Position numbers and translations under genes: made by a program | Shown: positions 40,901-55,900 of the stretch, piece by piece | How the letters are laid out: every line of letters begins with the position of its first letter | Position numbering within the stretch: the stretch's first letter is position 1 | Assembly: GCA_030248215.1 (NCBI GenBank) | Contig: JASANG010001409.1 | Span: 62,001 to 126,000, forward strand | Reading direction: 5' to 3' | Length of the DNA stretch: 64,000 nt | Origin: Enoplolaimus lenunculus | Taxonomy: Eukaryota | Notes under the pieces: model-generated | The model's input: only the letters and a program-made list of their open reading frames with translations | The model's database searches: none | What the model was told of the DNA's origin: nothing

Positions 40901-43900
40901 ATGTTAATTATCCTCAATTGTCGTGCATAAATGACTCCAGGACCAAATACACTGATGAGTTCGAAACATTAAAGCATACTTAAGTATTGAAAGTAAATTC
41001 CTAAGTATAGCCTTGCATTATCACTCAACAAGCTTTGCATACAAAACAAACATTTAATACAACGGATAGTTGCAATACCCGATATATATCAGTAACGAAA
41101 GGTGGCGTAAAGCGGGTCAAAAATAAATAACAGTCCGTAACCAAATAACAAGGGGGTACACTCTGGGCGATGCCAAATAAATATCAGTCCTCTCTCTTAT
41201 TCAGGTCACTACAGTACTGAGTCTAGAATTGCTTAATTGAATATTTTTGGTTAAGTGATTTACCTGCCGTAACGTTTACAACAATCTGATCAGGTTGATT
41301 TCGCGTTGGAATTGGCTTCAAATGCATATACTGAACGCGGTTTGCATTTATATCCGCTTGGCTAAACGTCGCCACCATGTAATCTGCATAATCAACGACT
41401 GTATCTGCAGAGCCTAAAATAAGCATAATAATGATATAGCTAGGCGTTATAGAAATAAACTTGGCAATAGACTATTTTTCACTTATTTCATGCAATGTTG
41501 ATTTCATAAGCATAACGTTAGCTTAATGCTATTTCATAATGTCTATGCTTATACCGAAGCGCAAGCCTAAAATTAAGCATAACCTTTAGCATCATAAAAT
41601 GTAAATTCTAAGATAAGCAGTACCATAGAGAGCCGTTTATGAAAATTTTGATGCGGATGCGGTGGGGCTTGAACCCATGACGTACGGATTACCGGTCCGC
41701 TGCTCTAACCACTGATCTACGCAACCATGCGAACTTTTCGTTACAATGGCTCTATAGACCGCGAGTTTGGTACTACAAGATACGTATATGGGCCAATGTT
41801 ACTTTAAGGGGCGTAACAGTATATTAAGCGTATTTCTAAGCCGTAGCCTAAAGCAAAAAATGTAATCTAGAATGTAAACCTGCTCTTTTATGGACTCACC
41901 AGGAATCTAGACGCCCCTTAAACTAAACATGGGCCCATATATGAATACGTCGTGTGACCGTTTATGCTGTAGAGAAGCTTAAACATTAGCCTGAAGAAAT
42001 GTCCAGCAGATATACGACAGTATCATTCCTACAACTATCTTTGGCGTCAGTTTACGCTTTAGACTAACTTTTTTGCTTAGGCTTAGGCTTAGGCTTACGC
42101 TTAGAAATAGGCTCATTCTTACGCTTAGGTTTAGGCTTAGGTTTAGGCTTAGGCTTACGAATATGCTTGTACTACTGTTCCGGCCATGTTCTATACATTG
42201 GCCCTATCTTTTAACTCTCATATATGGTGGTCTGCAGTAAACGCATGTTTATTTGCAAACACTGTTTCATCTATAAAGCTGGGTTGACCAAACATTCCTA
42301 AAACCAAAATTTTGCTACGATAGGACCAGCCAGCCGACACCAAATGAGGTCACGTACCTTGAGTGAATTGTGAGCTTCAAAATATTAGCAAATTGTTTGC
42401 ATTATGCTTCCAGTGGTGGGGGTATGCTTTCAGATCTGAAGCTGTGACACGTCGATTGGGTGACAACCTATTGCTAATTTTTGATACCTGCTATACACAG
42501 CTTAAAATGCGGATTCTAGTAATAAATCTGATGAAATGAAAAGCCTACTAGTCAGGCTTGTAGCCAGCTCCCCTTGCTAGGGGATGGGGCTAAAACTTTT
42601 TCAGGACGGGTATTCAAGGGTTTTCAATGACTCACAACCAAGGTTGAAAGTTACCTTGGGGAACACAAAATTTTTTTAGGTGGGCTAAGCCTCCCCCTGC
42701 CCCCCGTGTTGGCTACGGGCCCGTTACTAGTTTACAAAAATTACATAGCTAAACACATTCCAAGACAAGTACCTGTTTCTATAACCAGTTTGCCATACTT
42801 CGGATGCTGAGTGATGACAAACCTAATTCGTGCGGGGTCAGTAATTTGTTGATGGCTTGCGCGAAGATGAGCCCTGGTCAAAGTTGCTACCCCTCGGTCG
42901 CTGACCACCAAATCGGTTGCAGTTTCAACTGTCAACTCGTGACCGCCGAACGCAGGCGTTGAACCTCGGATTTGAAAATTTAACTCGACTCGCGATTCAA
43001 GCTCTGTACCCGCACGAACTACTAGCGATACTTTGTCAGGAGCTTTGGCTGAAAGTAAACGTGCCGTATTTGCGTACATTTTTTGATGGACTGTTAGCCC
43101 CCCCCTCCCAAGTGGCTCTTTTGCAAACAGTTCTATCACAATAAATCTACGTGAAAAATGAACATAAACGGCCTAATTTGGTAACAAAGCCACTCAGAAA
43201 TTTATTACTTTATCATGAACCAGCTAGCGCAATTACACTTCGCCAAAAGCTATAGCAGTGTACCTTGAGTTCGCACATTTTGCCAGAGTGTAACCAGACG
43301 CTGCATAAAATGGCGAGCCAAATTGACTCTGTCCGAAATAGGCTTTTTCAGACTACACAAACTAAGTCAAATTAAACTCCGCCAGAGTCAAACGTGCGAC
43401 TTAGTGAATCGAATTTGACTCTGGCGGACTTGAATTTTGACTCAGTTTGTGTAGTCCGGAAAAGCCTAGTTCGGAGACAGTCAATTTGACTCATCATTCT
43501 TTGCAGTGCAAGCAAAGCCCCCACAAAAGTTTCAACCGTTCGCTTGAATGACTCTTTGTAAACTGAAATCTGTCCATGCCTTTTTTGTTACTTTTAACAC
43601 CTCCCTAAAACATGCTGACCCAAACCCGTAGCTAAACCGAGTTCAGGGTATACGGTTGGTCACTTGAAGAAAAATTCCACCTAGAAAAGTTTCAACCTTG
43701 CTTGTAAGTGATTTTTGACTTACTCAATCCGTCGTGATGATAAAATACGCGATTTGCGTCAACGTCAGCTTGTGTAAACGTTTCCATTTCGTTCAAAACG
43801 TCAGCGCTTGTTTCTTGCTCCGCAGACGCGGAATCGGTCAAAATGAGTCGTCCTAGACGCGGTTCGCCAACCACTCGATAAACGTACTGATTCGACCGTA

Positions 43901-46900
43901 GATTCATATTCGATATCAGCGTCAATTGGTCTGCGGTGAGGGCAAAATTTTCGCCTAAAATTTCATTGGTTGGTTTTTTTCAAAGCTCTTCCGCTAACCA
44001 CAGATGTCATGGTGACCCGAATAAGAGGGTGTGGAGTAATAAGAGGGGGGGAGTCCTCATTTTCAGTCCCAATGAATAGGAGTCCGTATCCCTAATAAGA
44101 GTCCGTAAGTGGATAGGATCCCTAAGTCCTAATTAGAACCCATGAAGGTCAGCTATTCCTAATTGCAGTGCATAAATGACTCCAGGACCAAATAATATTG
44201 AGTTCGAAACTTTAAAGCGTAGTTAAATTTTGAAAATACATTCCTAAGTATAAACATGCCTAACCGCTCAAGCTATTGACGCAAGACAAATAAACGTTTA
44301 ATTCAACGGATAGTTGCAGTACCGGATATATATCAGTAACGAGGGGTGGCGGAGCGTGGGTAAAAATAAATAACAGTCCGTAATCGAATAGCAGGGGGGG
44401 TACCATCTGGAGAGGCCAAATAAATATTCCCCGCTTATTCGGGTCACTACAGTATTATCAAATATGTGTACACATTTATCACCAGTTGGTGAAAATTTTA
44501 GAAGTTTTCAAACCAATGACTGGTCAGTTCGCTATTCGGCATATATCCCGCATTTGATTTGTTAGACTTCTGTTCCAATTATCAGCTTCGCAGCTGCAAG
44601 AGTTTGTCAGTTTGAGAACCTTTTGCTAACTGGTGATAGATTCTATACGCATTTGAGAATATTGGCAGTAACAGTCACAACACTGTACAAAACAGTACAT
44701 TTCATCGTCGATAATGTTTCTCGCACAAGAGTACGGTAGTGACCCGAATACGAGGGAGAACTGATATGTATTTGATCTCTCCAGAGGGAAATCTTTGCGG
44801 ACTGTTATTTATTTTTAACCCGCCCTCAGCCGCCCTTCATTACTGATATATATCCGGATACGGTATTGCAACTATCCTTTGAATTTAAATGTTTATTTGT
44901 CTTGTATCAAAAACTTGAGCGATAGTGCAAGGTTGTACTGAAGTAGGTACATTCAAAACTTAGGTATGCTATAAAGTTTCGAACTCAACTTTATTTGGTC
45001 CTGGAGTCATTTATATACTACAATTGGGATAATTGACATTTCTGGGCTCTAATTAAGGTTTAGATACTCTATCCGTTTACTGACTCTTATTACGGATGCG
45101 GACTTCTATTGATTGGGACTCAAAATGGGGACCATCCTTTTATTAGCCGCTTTATTCGGGTCACTACAGTATGTAAAACGCACCTGATGTTATCGTAAAA
45201 TGATCGTAAACCAATGGACGCAATAGCGGAACAGTTGATACGTTAACAACCAGAGATTTGTGTGTTTCGAATTTTCCGTCAGAAACAGTGAACAACAGCC
45301 GGTACAAAGCTGATCGACCGAAATCCCGAAACATTATTGAACCTTCGCTAACGTCCCGCTAAAAGTACTAGTCGCTACACTGCAAAATTAAACCAATTCC
45401 TATGTTAGCTAAATGTTCGTCGTTCCATTGCCCGTAGCCAAGAGGGAACAGGGGGACTCACCCCCCAAGACAATATTTTGCCCCCCCCACCCTAGAAAAT
45501 TGTCAGCTTTACTTGACTTATAGTCAAAGAAACCCCGTTGTATGCCTTTCCTTAAAATGTTTTTGCCCACCTTAGCAAGGTGAGCTGGCTAAGGGCCTGA
45601 TAGATACACAAAAAGGTGAGTCTTTCAGTTTACAATTGTTTCGCCCAGGTAAGCAATCGCATAATTGACCAATGTTAATTTTAGGGCCGTAACGGTAGAT
45701 TAAGCGTATTCCTAAGCCTAAGCCCAAGCCTAAGGTTTGCAAAAGCGTATTTCTAAGCCTAAGCCTAAGCCTAAGCGTTGCAAAAGCGTATTCCTAACGC
45801 CTAAACCTATGCCTAAACATAAGCAAAAAATGTAATCCAGAATGTAAACCTACTCTTTTACGGACCAACCAGATACTGGGACGGCCCTAAACGTAACATA
45901 GGCCGCAGAATTAATACATTAAACTTTGACATAATTCGGTTGGAATTTATTGTGGTTTTTTGGTTGCAGTTTGTGGCTGTACATCTAAATAATTTCGTGT
46001 TCACACTTCGTTAACTAAAAACGTTTTCACAGAATTAAAATTTCTTAACATTTATTTTCAGTAACCCATGAGATATTGTGTGATAGAAAATATCCGAATT
46101 TGGCGACAGATTCGAAGACATGGGCACCATTACAGAGTTTAGGTAATTCTTCTAAATCAAAGGAATATGTTTTCTTACCCGCTAACCTCGCTCGGTAGCG
46201 AATGATACTTAATGTTTCGTTCAAGTTTATACCTCGCTGTCTACACCGCTGCTAGCATCTTCCTCATCAACTTTTATACCTGAGTGAATATGTTGATCGG
46301 AATGTCGGAATGCTTTGACGAAAAAAATCCGCCGCTTGATGTATCCGGTTGACCAGGAAATTTAAATTTTAAATTTGCCGAATTAAAATCTGTATCCGGG
46401 TCGGTAAACCAAAGATCGCGATTCGATATCACTTTTTCACCTTTGTGTTGAATAAAAAACTGAAACGAAAATAATTTAAAATAAGCAAAAGATTCTGTAA
46501 TTAAAAGTATTCTTTGTAATGACGTATACCACCAGATGGAGTACATAAGGAATAATTCTCTCTTGTAACCTGTGTTTGGTAATGAAACAATCATCTTTTA
46601 GTTTTTTGTTTTAAGCTTCACACGTGCAAGATTTAGCAGCGAGAACTCGGAGCTGCAACTTACGCCAGCCAGTTTCTTGCAGCTGCAAGTATTTGCAAGA
46701 AAATATCATTTTCATTCTTAATATTGACATGGATTATATAAATAATTTGTAGCCGACTGCAATAAATATCAAACCTAAGCTGTGAATTATCTGTTCAGCC
46801 AATGATGATGAATTAAGTCGACTTGCAAGGCTATTCATGCGTATGAATTAATTCTTCGCGCATATTCATAATGAACATATATACATTTGCAGCTGCAAGT

Positions 46901-49900
46901 TCTTCGAATGAATTTTTGAAAAAAAACTTGCAGCTTCAAGTTTCACCTGCAAGAAACATTCACGCGTAAAGAAGGTTTTACTCGATATTTCTCGGCTTGA
47001 AAACGCTTTCATATTTATACAATTCCTATTTAGTGCATAAAAATGTAAAACATGCCCCGCCAAAATTGCCGTATACGGTGAAATATCAAACATATTTGAT
47101 ATTTGAATTATGCGGGGTTCACGTTAGCGATTGTGCGCTTGGGACCTGTTTTGTCACCTACCCGTAGCAGGAGGTAGAAACAACCTATGTGAATAGGTTG
47201 TTAGCTAGCTACTACCCATATGGCTACCATACGTTTGTAGCTATAGGTAACTAGTCTTCGGTTTGTTACCCATATGGGTACCTTGCGATTGTTTTAACAA
47301 TGTTTATATCTTGCGTAATTTTTCAGATTTTTTCGAAAGATATATTATGAAAAAAGACTAAACAGACTCGTAAAACAAAACTCACTGTACTGAGCCGTTT
47401 TAAAGTGCAAACTTGAAAGTACATTACGTTGGCACCTATATGGGCTAAGTGCAGACATCTTGACTCTACCCATATGGGTAGGTCAATATTTCAAAAACCT
47501 AGCTATGTGCAACATTTTATTTCTGTTGGTATCCATATGGGTAACAAAAGAGATAGTGTGTACCGCTATGGGCATAGTGAGAAAACAGTTAACAAGCGCA
47601 CAATTGGTAACGTGAACTCCGCATTACTTCAAGCTTCTTCAATAAATTTAAACGGTCTGACTTAATTCAGAAGCACTCAACAACATGTCTTTCGAGTGGC
47701 CAATCAAAATACAGGTGCAAGAAATTCAAGCAACTTGCACTTGCGTTCACACGTGCGAATTAATTTTAATAGCACGAATTCCAGTGCATAATTTGCAGCT
47801 GTAAGAACTTCAAAGCTGCTTTCTGACCAAACTTGCACATGAAAGTTGCACGTTCAAGTTTTTGCTGCAAAAACATGCACGTGTGAATAGGAGTTTACGT
47901 TTTTTATATTTTTTATCAAAAGTTCATTTTATATTTGTTTTCCCTTTGTGCTTCCATTTCTTAAAATATTTTATATTTCGTGTATTTTTCAATGTTGAAA
48001 TTTAAAGCCTGTTGTGTCATTGGTCGTCCGCAAATTTCAAGCTGTTTCCGATTGTTTCTCTATTTTTTAGTCAATTTGCTATTTCAAATTTTTGCTTCCA
48101 TTTCCAAATTTTTCTTCAATACCAATACTTTGAGGGAAAATTTTTTTCATTTACCTCATATTCCGTAACATCTCCACCAAGCCACGCGACATTTTGCCTA
48201 ATCGGTAACGCTTTACGCACCGGCGCATTATCATTGGTCAAAACAATTTTAATACGAAACATAAACGGGATTTCGACGTATCCTTTGCTTCGATCGCTAG
48301 GTTTCGCTACTAAATAGACCAAATCTGACGTAGTTTCAGTGTCGTCGTGTCTATAAGACAGACGCTCAGCAAACAAATCATAAGAACTAAACGAAGAATC
48401 ATTGCCGAGGGACAGGGTTTTGCCACTTCCACCCACAGGAGAATTAGACTTTGAGTCGTGTTGTTTCAAGGTAAGCACACCGTGCGACGGCGGTGATAGA
48501 ACTGAAAACGTGAAATCTTTGTGATCTTTTGTTTCTACCCAAACGTAATCACGTGAGATTTCCTGAAAAACAATTGTGGTTGTGACTTTAGTGGCAGACA
48601 GGAAATAATGGCTGAGTTTCTGAAACCCTACTTTAGTACGACTTAGTACTTAAGCATGTGCGAAGTAATTACTCAGCCATTTTGCTGTTTTTAAACACGT
48701 ACTCAAGTTAAGTAAATACTTAAGTCGCTATCTAAATGTTGTAGATTGCAAATTAACCGTTCAGGTATGCTAACCTTGGTTTACCTGAAACTGTAGACTG
48801 GTGGTGACTCCTTAATATAAAGCAAAACTATTACCTTTTGTAATGACGATGATCACATTTGGTGTTTACCTGTTCTGTTCGAACAGTTAGTATTTACTTA
48901 AGTCATTGACTTAAGCAATTACTTAAGCATAGCTTAAGTAAATACTTAAGTACGGTTACAGAAACCCAGCCAATGATTGGGCCTGAATGCTTCGATGACC
49001 TACTGATACCAGGGGTAGCAGGAAAGCAACATTAAGCATCTCTTGATTCATTAATGCAATTGCTTGACACCAATCATGGAGCCTAATCCTGAAAAAATTA
49101 TTGAATAGTTCGCCCATGTTACATTTAGGGCCGTTGCGGCTTCTGACGGTCCTGTAAAAGAGCAGGCTACGATTCTAGACTACATTTTCTTTGCTAAACC
49201 TTAAGGCTTAGGAATACACTTTTTAACGCTTACACTTTTGCTTAGAAATGCGCTTAATTTACTGTTCCGGCCCTAAAAGTAACATTGGCAGAATGGCTTA
49301 AGCGTTCTGACCGTCACACATTATTTCAGGTATATCAAAATTGAACTAACCGGTCCGTAAGTCTTGTAAAATTTGACAGGTTGCAAACAGTTTTATAACA
49401 GTATAAATAGTGGCTCTTAATATAGTAGGCTTAGCAAATTATAGGAAATACAAAATAGTTGAAAGAATTAATTCACCGGTGGGACAATCAAGAGGTCATC
49501 CCACCGACTTACTTTAATTTCGCCTTCGGTTACAAACAGTGTTTTATTGATAAGCTTAACATAGTGGTCACCGGGTATATACGCGATTGAAAACTGGCTG
49601 ACTCGGCTTTCAATTGACGGAGTAATCACTTTAAATTCAAAAATATCATTGACCAGCTCATAAAATTGTCGATGTAACTTGTAGTAAACACGGCGTTCAT
49701 CAATGTCGAGTTGAGTAAAATTGAAATCTTGCCCGAGTCGTCTGTGTCGTGAACCGGTTATTACTTTGTAGAGGTAGCCTAAAATGTATAATGTTTTAAA
49801 TTTTAAGTTTTGTAATTTAAGTAATAATAAATTACTTAGCTAGTAAATGATTAATCGACAAGTTTGTTAATATTAAGTTATCTAATTTATGTTATAATAA

Positions 49901-52900
49901 ACTACTTAGCTAGTAAATGATTAATCGACAAGTTTGTTAATATTAAGTTATCTAATTTATGTTATAATAAACTACTTAGCTAGTAAATGATTAATCGACA
50001 AGTTTGTTAATATTAAGTTATCTAATTTATGTTATAATAAACTACTTAGCTAGTAATTGATTAATCGACAACTTTGTTAATATTAAGTTATCTAATTTAT
50101 GTTATAATAAACTACTTAGCTAGTAATTGATTAATCGACAACTTTGTTAATATTAAGTTATCTAATTTATGTTATAATAAATTACTAAGCTAGTAAATGA
50201 TTAATCGACAAGTTTGTTAATATTAAGTTATCTAATTTATGTTATAATAAACTACTTAGCTAGTAATTGATTAATCGACAAGTTTGTTAATATTAAGTTA
50301 TCTAATTTATGTAATAATAAATTACTAAGCTAGTAAATGATTAATCGACAAGTTTGTTAATATTAAGTTATCTAATTTATGTTATAATAAACTACTTAGC
50401 TAGTAATTGATTAATCGACAACTTTGTTAATATTTAGTTATCTAATTTATGTTATAATAAATTACTAAGCTAGTAAATGATTAATCGACAAGTTTGTTAA
50501 TATTAAGTTATCTAATTTATGTTATAATAAACTACTTAGCTAGTAATTGATTAATCGACAAGTTTGTTAATATTAAGTTATCTAATTTATGTAATAATAA
50601 ATTACTAAGCTAGTAAATGATTAATCGACAAGTTTGTTAATGTTAAGTTATCTAATTTATGTAATAATAAATTACTTACCTAGTAAATGATTAATCGACA
50701 AGTTTGTTAATGTTAAGTTATCTAATTTATGTAATAATAAATTACTTAGCTAGTAAATGATTAATCGACAAGTTTGTTAATGTTAAGTTATATAATTTAT
50801 GTAATAATAAATTACTTAGCTAGTAAATGATTAATCGACAAGTTTGTTAATGTTAAGTTATCTAATTTATGTAATAATAAATTACTAAGCTAGTAAATGA
50901 TTAATCGACAAGTTTGTTAATGTTAAGTTATCTAATTTATGTAATAATAAATTACTTAGCTAGTAAATGATTAATTGACAAGTTTGTTAATATTAAGTTA
51001 TCTAATTTATGTAATAATAAATTACTTAGCTAGTAAATGATTAGTCGACAAGTTTGCTAATGTTAAGTTATCTAATTTATGTAATAATAAATTACTTAGC
51101 TAGTGAATGTTTAATCGACAAGTTTGTTAATGTTAAGTTTTCTAATTTATGTAATAAATTACTTAGCTAGTAAATCATTTATCGAAAAGTTGGCCAATGT
51201 TACTTTTACGGCCGTAACAGTAGATTAAGCGTATTCCTAAGCCTAAGCGTAAGCGTTGCAAAAGTGCATTCCTAAGCCTAAGCCTAATTGTAAGCAAAAA
51301 ATGTTGTCTCGAATGTAAGCCTACTCTTTTACGAACCCACCAGTGACCGAGACGGCCCTAAAAGTAACACGGGCCGGAAAGTTTGTAGTTTTTATTTGCT
51401 ATTTTTGGTTCTAAATAAACTATTTGTTTCGAAAATTTACTGAATCACAATGTAGAAATTCACCTCGTCGGGTGGGTGACAATATTTTGTAGGTAATTTC
51501 ACGTGGATGGGCCGGCTTAGGCAGCGTCCATGTGAACAAAAAGTCCCGGGTCAGATTCGCTTTCAGAGTGTCGTTGAGCACAAACCGTTTCGGCTGAAAC
51601 ACTTTGACGCTGACCGGAATAAATTGGATCTTCATGTCGTACAAGATCGGAGACGTTTCGTTGAGGGCGCTCACGCGGAACCGGAAACGGTCTTCTAAAA
51701 TACTAAATTCAAATTTCAAATTTTACTGCTCGGACCGACAGTAAAGCACGATTCATATACGCAATTTTTTGACAGCGAAAACTCGCTGCTGCAATTCTTG
51801 TGGTCAAGTTTTGTTCGCATCCCCTTTTATAAAATTTGTAATTGTTAGAGTTTTTGCTTCAAAAAATTTTCGCGGGTGCGCAGAGGGGTTACGCGGATAC
51901 TTAAACGTTGCGAAATCTAATGCGTGGTTTACTTTAATTTGTGTACGCGATGTGGAAATTCTCACCGGCTATGGACGCTTGCTGATTGATATTTTTCGTC
52001 AGTTTTCAACCGATGAACTTGGAACTTTAGGACAGCAATGAAAGTTAAATCAAAATCTACTAAGAATCTAAAATTACAGCACAATTTACCGGCACGTAAC
52101 GGCTTTCTTTCTTACCGGTAGATCCATCGTTTTTAGAATGACGATATCGTATCCGACCAGCATCGATCAGTGATTGGTTAAACGTTTCAGTCAGCCACCA
52201 CAAGTCGCGATCTGATTGGAGCTTTTCAATGAATCCATGTTCCGGCATTGTTTCAATACGATACTCGACGCTGATTCGTTGATTTCGGCCGGTATTTGTT
52301 GTGAACGATAAATTTCGATCCGTTATTAGTTCGGACGTCCCAGTTAGTACCTAAATATTAAAACACGTATTTTCAAGTTGCTATAGCCGCTCAGTTTAGC
52401 AATTGTGTCAAAAATAAAACGCTATTATGTTGTCGTGTTTTATTAGCGGTTGGCTTTAAGCGATTTCTGATAGAAATATAAACGCTTTTTTTCAAAACGC
52501 CAAAAGCCTTTTAGCTTTCAGACACCATACCTGAGTTTTCACACGAACTACAGTGTATTCGAGTTAAGAAAATGTGGATTGATGGCAACCTTTTAAGAGT
52601 GGCAGCTATACTTGTCGCGCAGCGTCGTCCGTCTCTTGTGAACGATAGCGTACGGGGACGGGCGGCGCCGAAAGAAATTGAAAATTTTAAAAAGTATGAC
52701 GTAAACAGTCGCTCTCGTGCCGTAGACTGCTGAGATTAGTAAATGATGTGTTTGAGTATACTTAACGGGTTGAGAATGGAAATTTTTTAACCATTTCACT
52801 TATAAAGTATACTATGCGCAACGTAATACAATAATGTACGAGCAATGCACACACTGTGAGTAGTGTTTAACAATTATAACATATATCCGCAGTGCAAAAT

Positions 52901-55900
52901 TTCTACAAGACGTGAGAGCCCCCTCGGGCTCGAGTGCCAAGCTCCTATAGCTCAGCGGTCATCGTAAAGGCCTCCCACCCGTGCGACTGGAGATCAAATG
53001 TTTACCTTGAAATTACGTCTCATATGAAATTAAAAATATTCATGAGAGAAAAGATTAATGAAAAAATTCTGACTTAGTATCTATAAACCCGGTCGCGCAC
53101 ATAGGTATAAACCAAAGGATGAACCGGTAAAAGAGCTCTTTGAAAAGAAATTGAGTCAATTTTAAAAAAAGCAGACCAAAAACCCGAGTGTACTATGATG
53201 TCAAACAGTAGGTTTGAAAAAAATTAATTTTAGTTTGGATGATAGAAATTAATTTTTATAAACAAGAACCTGGATTTTTGGTGCTATTCGCTGTTGCAGT
53301 CCAAACTACTATTATCCTGGATAGGCGTATAAATCGAATTTAGCTTTAGGACACGCGCATATAGCGATAGGAGGTTATATCCGGGTGCTATTCCTGACGA
53401 GACCGGAAACAGATACGTTTATAATGCTTGTGAATAACTTTGTACATCCGGCCCATGTAAAAAAGATCAGGGGTGGAACGTTTCTCGATGGAACTGGAAT
53501 AGAGTAAACTTAAGGTTTAGACAAATTTTTCTGCTTGGCTTAGCCTTAGGCTAAGGAATATGCTCATTCTTACACTTAGGTTTAGGCTTAGGCTTAGGCT
53601 TAGGAATATGCTTAAAATTCTGTTCCGCCCCTGTCGTTTACATTGACCGTAGATACTAAACATTTAATCGTCACTCGACAATTTTGTCACAAAAAACCTA
53701 TTACATGAGGTTATATCATTGTAAAAGGAAACGTTAGCAACGGCCACTGCGTAGCTTACTTTTAAATCAGTCTTTCGAGTCATATGAAATTGAATTGCGA
53801 ACGCCCGGAATCGTAACACAACAGGCGGCGGTTGACTTTTTGAAATCCCGTCAAAAGCTTCAAACGAAATTTGACCGCTAATATCGCCAAAATGAACAAA
53901 ACTAATTGCACCAGCGGCGAGATCAGACGCAGTAAACTGGTCAATGCTTAACGTTGATTGAGCTGAATGAGCTAAGTAGCCGGTATTTGGTGTAATGTAC
54001 GTAACGTGAACCTAAAATAGAAACGGTAAACTCGATAAATTAGACGCGATTTTGAATATTTTTAATTGATTTATTTTAAATTAGCAAACAAAATTGCCAA
54101 ATTTTATCACATCTGAACATTTTTGGTCTAAAATTTTGCCAGTATGGTCTAACGGCGACTATAATTTAAGCCTTAATGTTAAATGTGAAGGAAAAGTGTA
54201 CAAGAGCTGAAAAATGTTGCAGCGCAAGTTATAATGCTAGGAAGGCACAGCAATAAATCGGATCTTTTCGGTTTTCTTCTCCCCCCGCCGGCATTTTCCC
54301 CAAAATTTGAGCTTCTCAAAACCTTCCGTGATCATTTCACTACGAAACTTGAATTTTTAAAAAGTTCGACTTTTTAACGTGCCGAGGTAACAAATTATTT
54401 TTTGTTAAAAAGTTAGACAAATTATGTACCATTGGACTTTAGTTTGTTGACCTGTGTGCAATGGTGTTAAGATTTTCACCAGCATACGTGTGGCGATCGA
54501 GTTATGGTCAAATAACTGATTTGGCTCTCTGCCAGCAATCATTCGTTCTGGGACTTGATTAATCAACTCACTGGAATTTGCAACGGCTGCAGTTTAAAAT
54601 AAAAAAATATCGTCCAAATGGAATCAGTCAAATGTTAAAGTTGTGTCAAATTAAATTTTACATCACCTTTAGCGCAACGTGGCTTGAAAGATTCATTCAT
54701 ATAACATGAGCCAAGAAAACAATTTTTCCCCATTTTGATACCTTGACTTGATCCATATCAGTATCCGGATCAATAACCAACAAATGACTCTGTTCCATTG
54801 TAATCCTTGATCGTTGAACCATTTCGAATTGCCCACCGGACGGTAAATCAATCCGAGGCGGATCGTTAACAGGAGTGATAACAACCGGAAGAACAAATTC
54901 TACCGCACCGTCCTGTTGCGTCCGGGTTCCACTTGAACCAATACGTTCAATTCGTAGAGTTAACGGGATAAAATCTTGAGAAGACTCACTGCCGTCATGA
55001 GTATAGTTTACTCTACCCCGCATGACGTCATCGTAACTGAACGAACGAACTAATTCGTGATACTGGCCGCCCGAACGAAATAGCGTCAATTTTCCGTGCG
55101 CTGGCAACGATTTTATACTGAATAAAATTCGCCGGCTCGCTCGTTCATCAAGCGACCGCGTCATTGAATAAAAATGACGCCATTCCAGCCGCGCCGAGTC
55201 AGCTTCGGCGACTTCGAGGACGGCAGTATTTAACGGAAGCATCGGAGGTTGGTTATTATTTGACGACATTATTATGTTTTCAGAATGACGTTGCGTTGAA
55301 ATTGAATCGGACGACGCGGATGTTGGCTTGTGCTGATGAATTGTGCTATCGGATGGCAATTTTGAATTTTTGGCGTTGTCAGGGCAATCTGAAGCCAAAT
55401 TGGCAAAAAATGCTATCATACCGGTTGATGTTGCGCTATGCTCGTCGCGAGGTACCGCGAGTTATTTTTAAAAATTTAAAGCCTTATTCATACGTGCGAG
55501 TTTTTGATGCGAGAACTTGCAACTGCAAATTGCACGCAGAACATGCATTTTTTCATCAGCGAATGAGGCAGCGGGTGCAATAAATCCATTGAAATTGCAT
55601 GTTTATTCACACATGTGAACTAAATTTCTAGCTTTGATTTTTAATGCATTATTTGCAATTGCAAGTTTTTCGGCCGGGATTTTGGACAAAACTTGCACGT
55701 GCAAATTGCAGCTGCAAGTTCTCGCAGCAATAACTTGCACGTGTGAGTAGGGCTTAATGAAACATAATGTGTCGCGCGGCGAAAGACAGCACCGCGCGAC
55801 ACATCTAAATTTTATTTGCGATGTACGTCGACGGATGGCGACGACCGGCGACGCGTAGCGTTGCGCGACACAGTCGCGCGACCCTAATTCGGGAACGTCT

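Noticed and set aside
43049..43146. Extending the CSPG4 exon to the upstream AG at 43147
   Set aside because: The phase conflicts with the donor at 43724; the acceptor at 43049-43050 gives the correct frame (HHDGLTKAPDKV).
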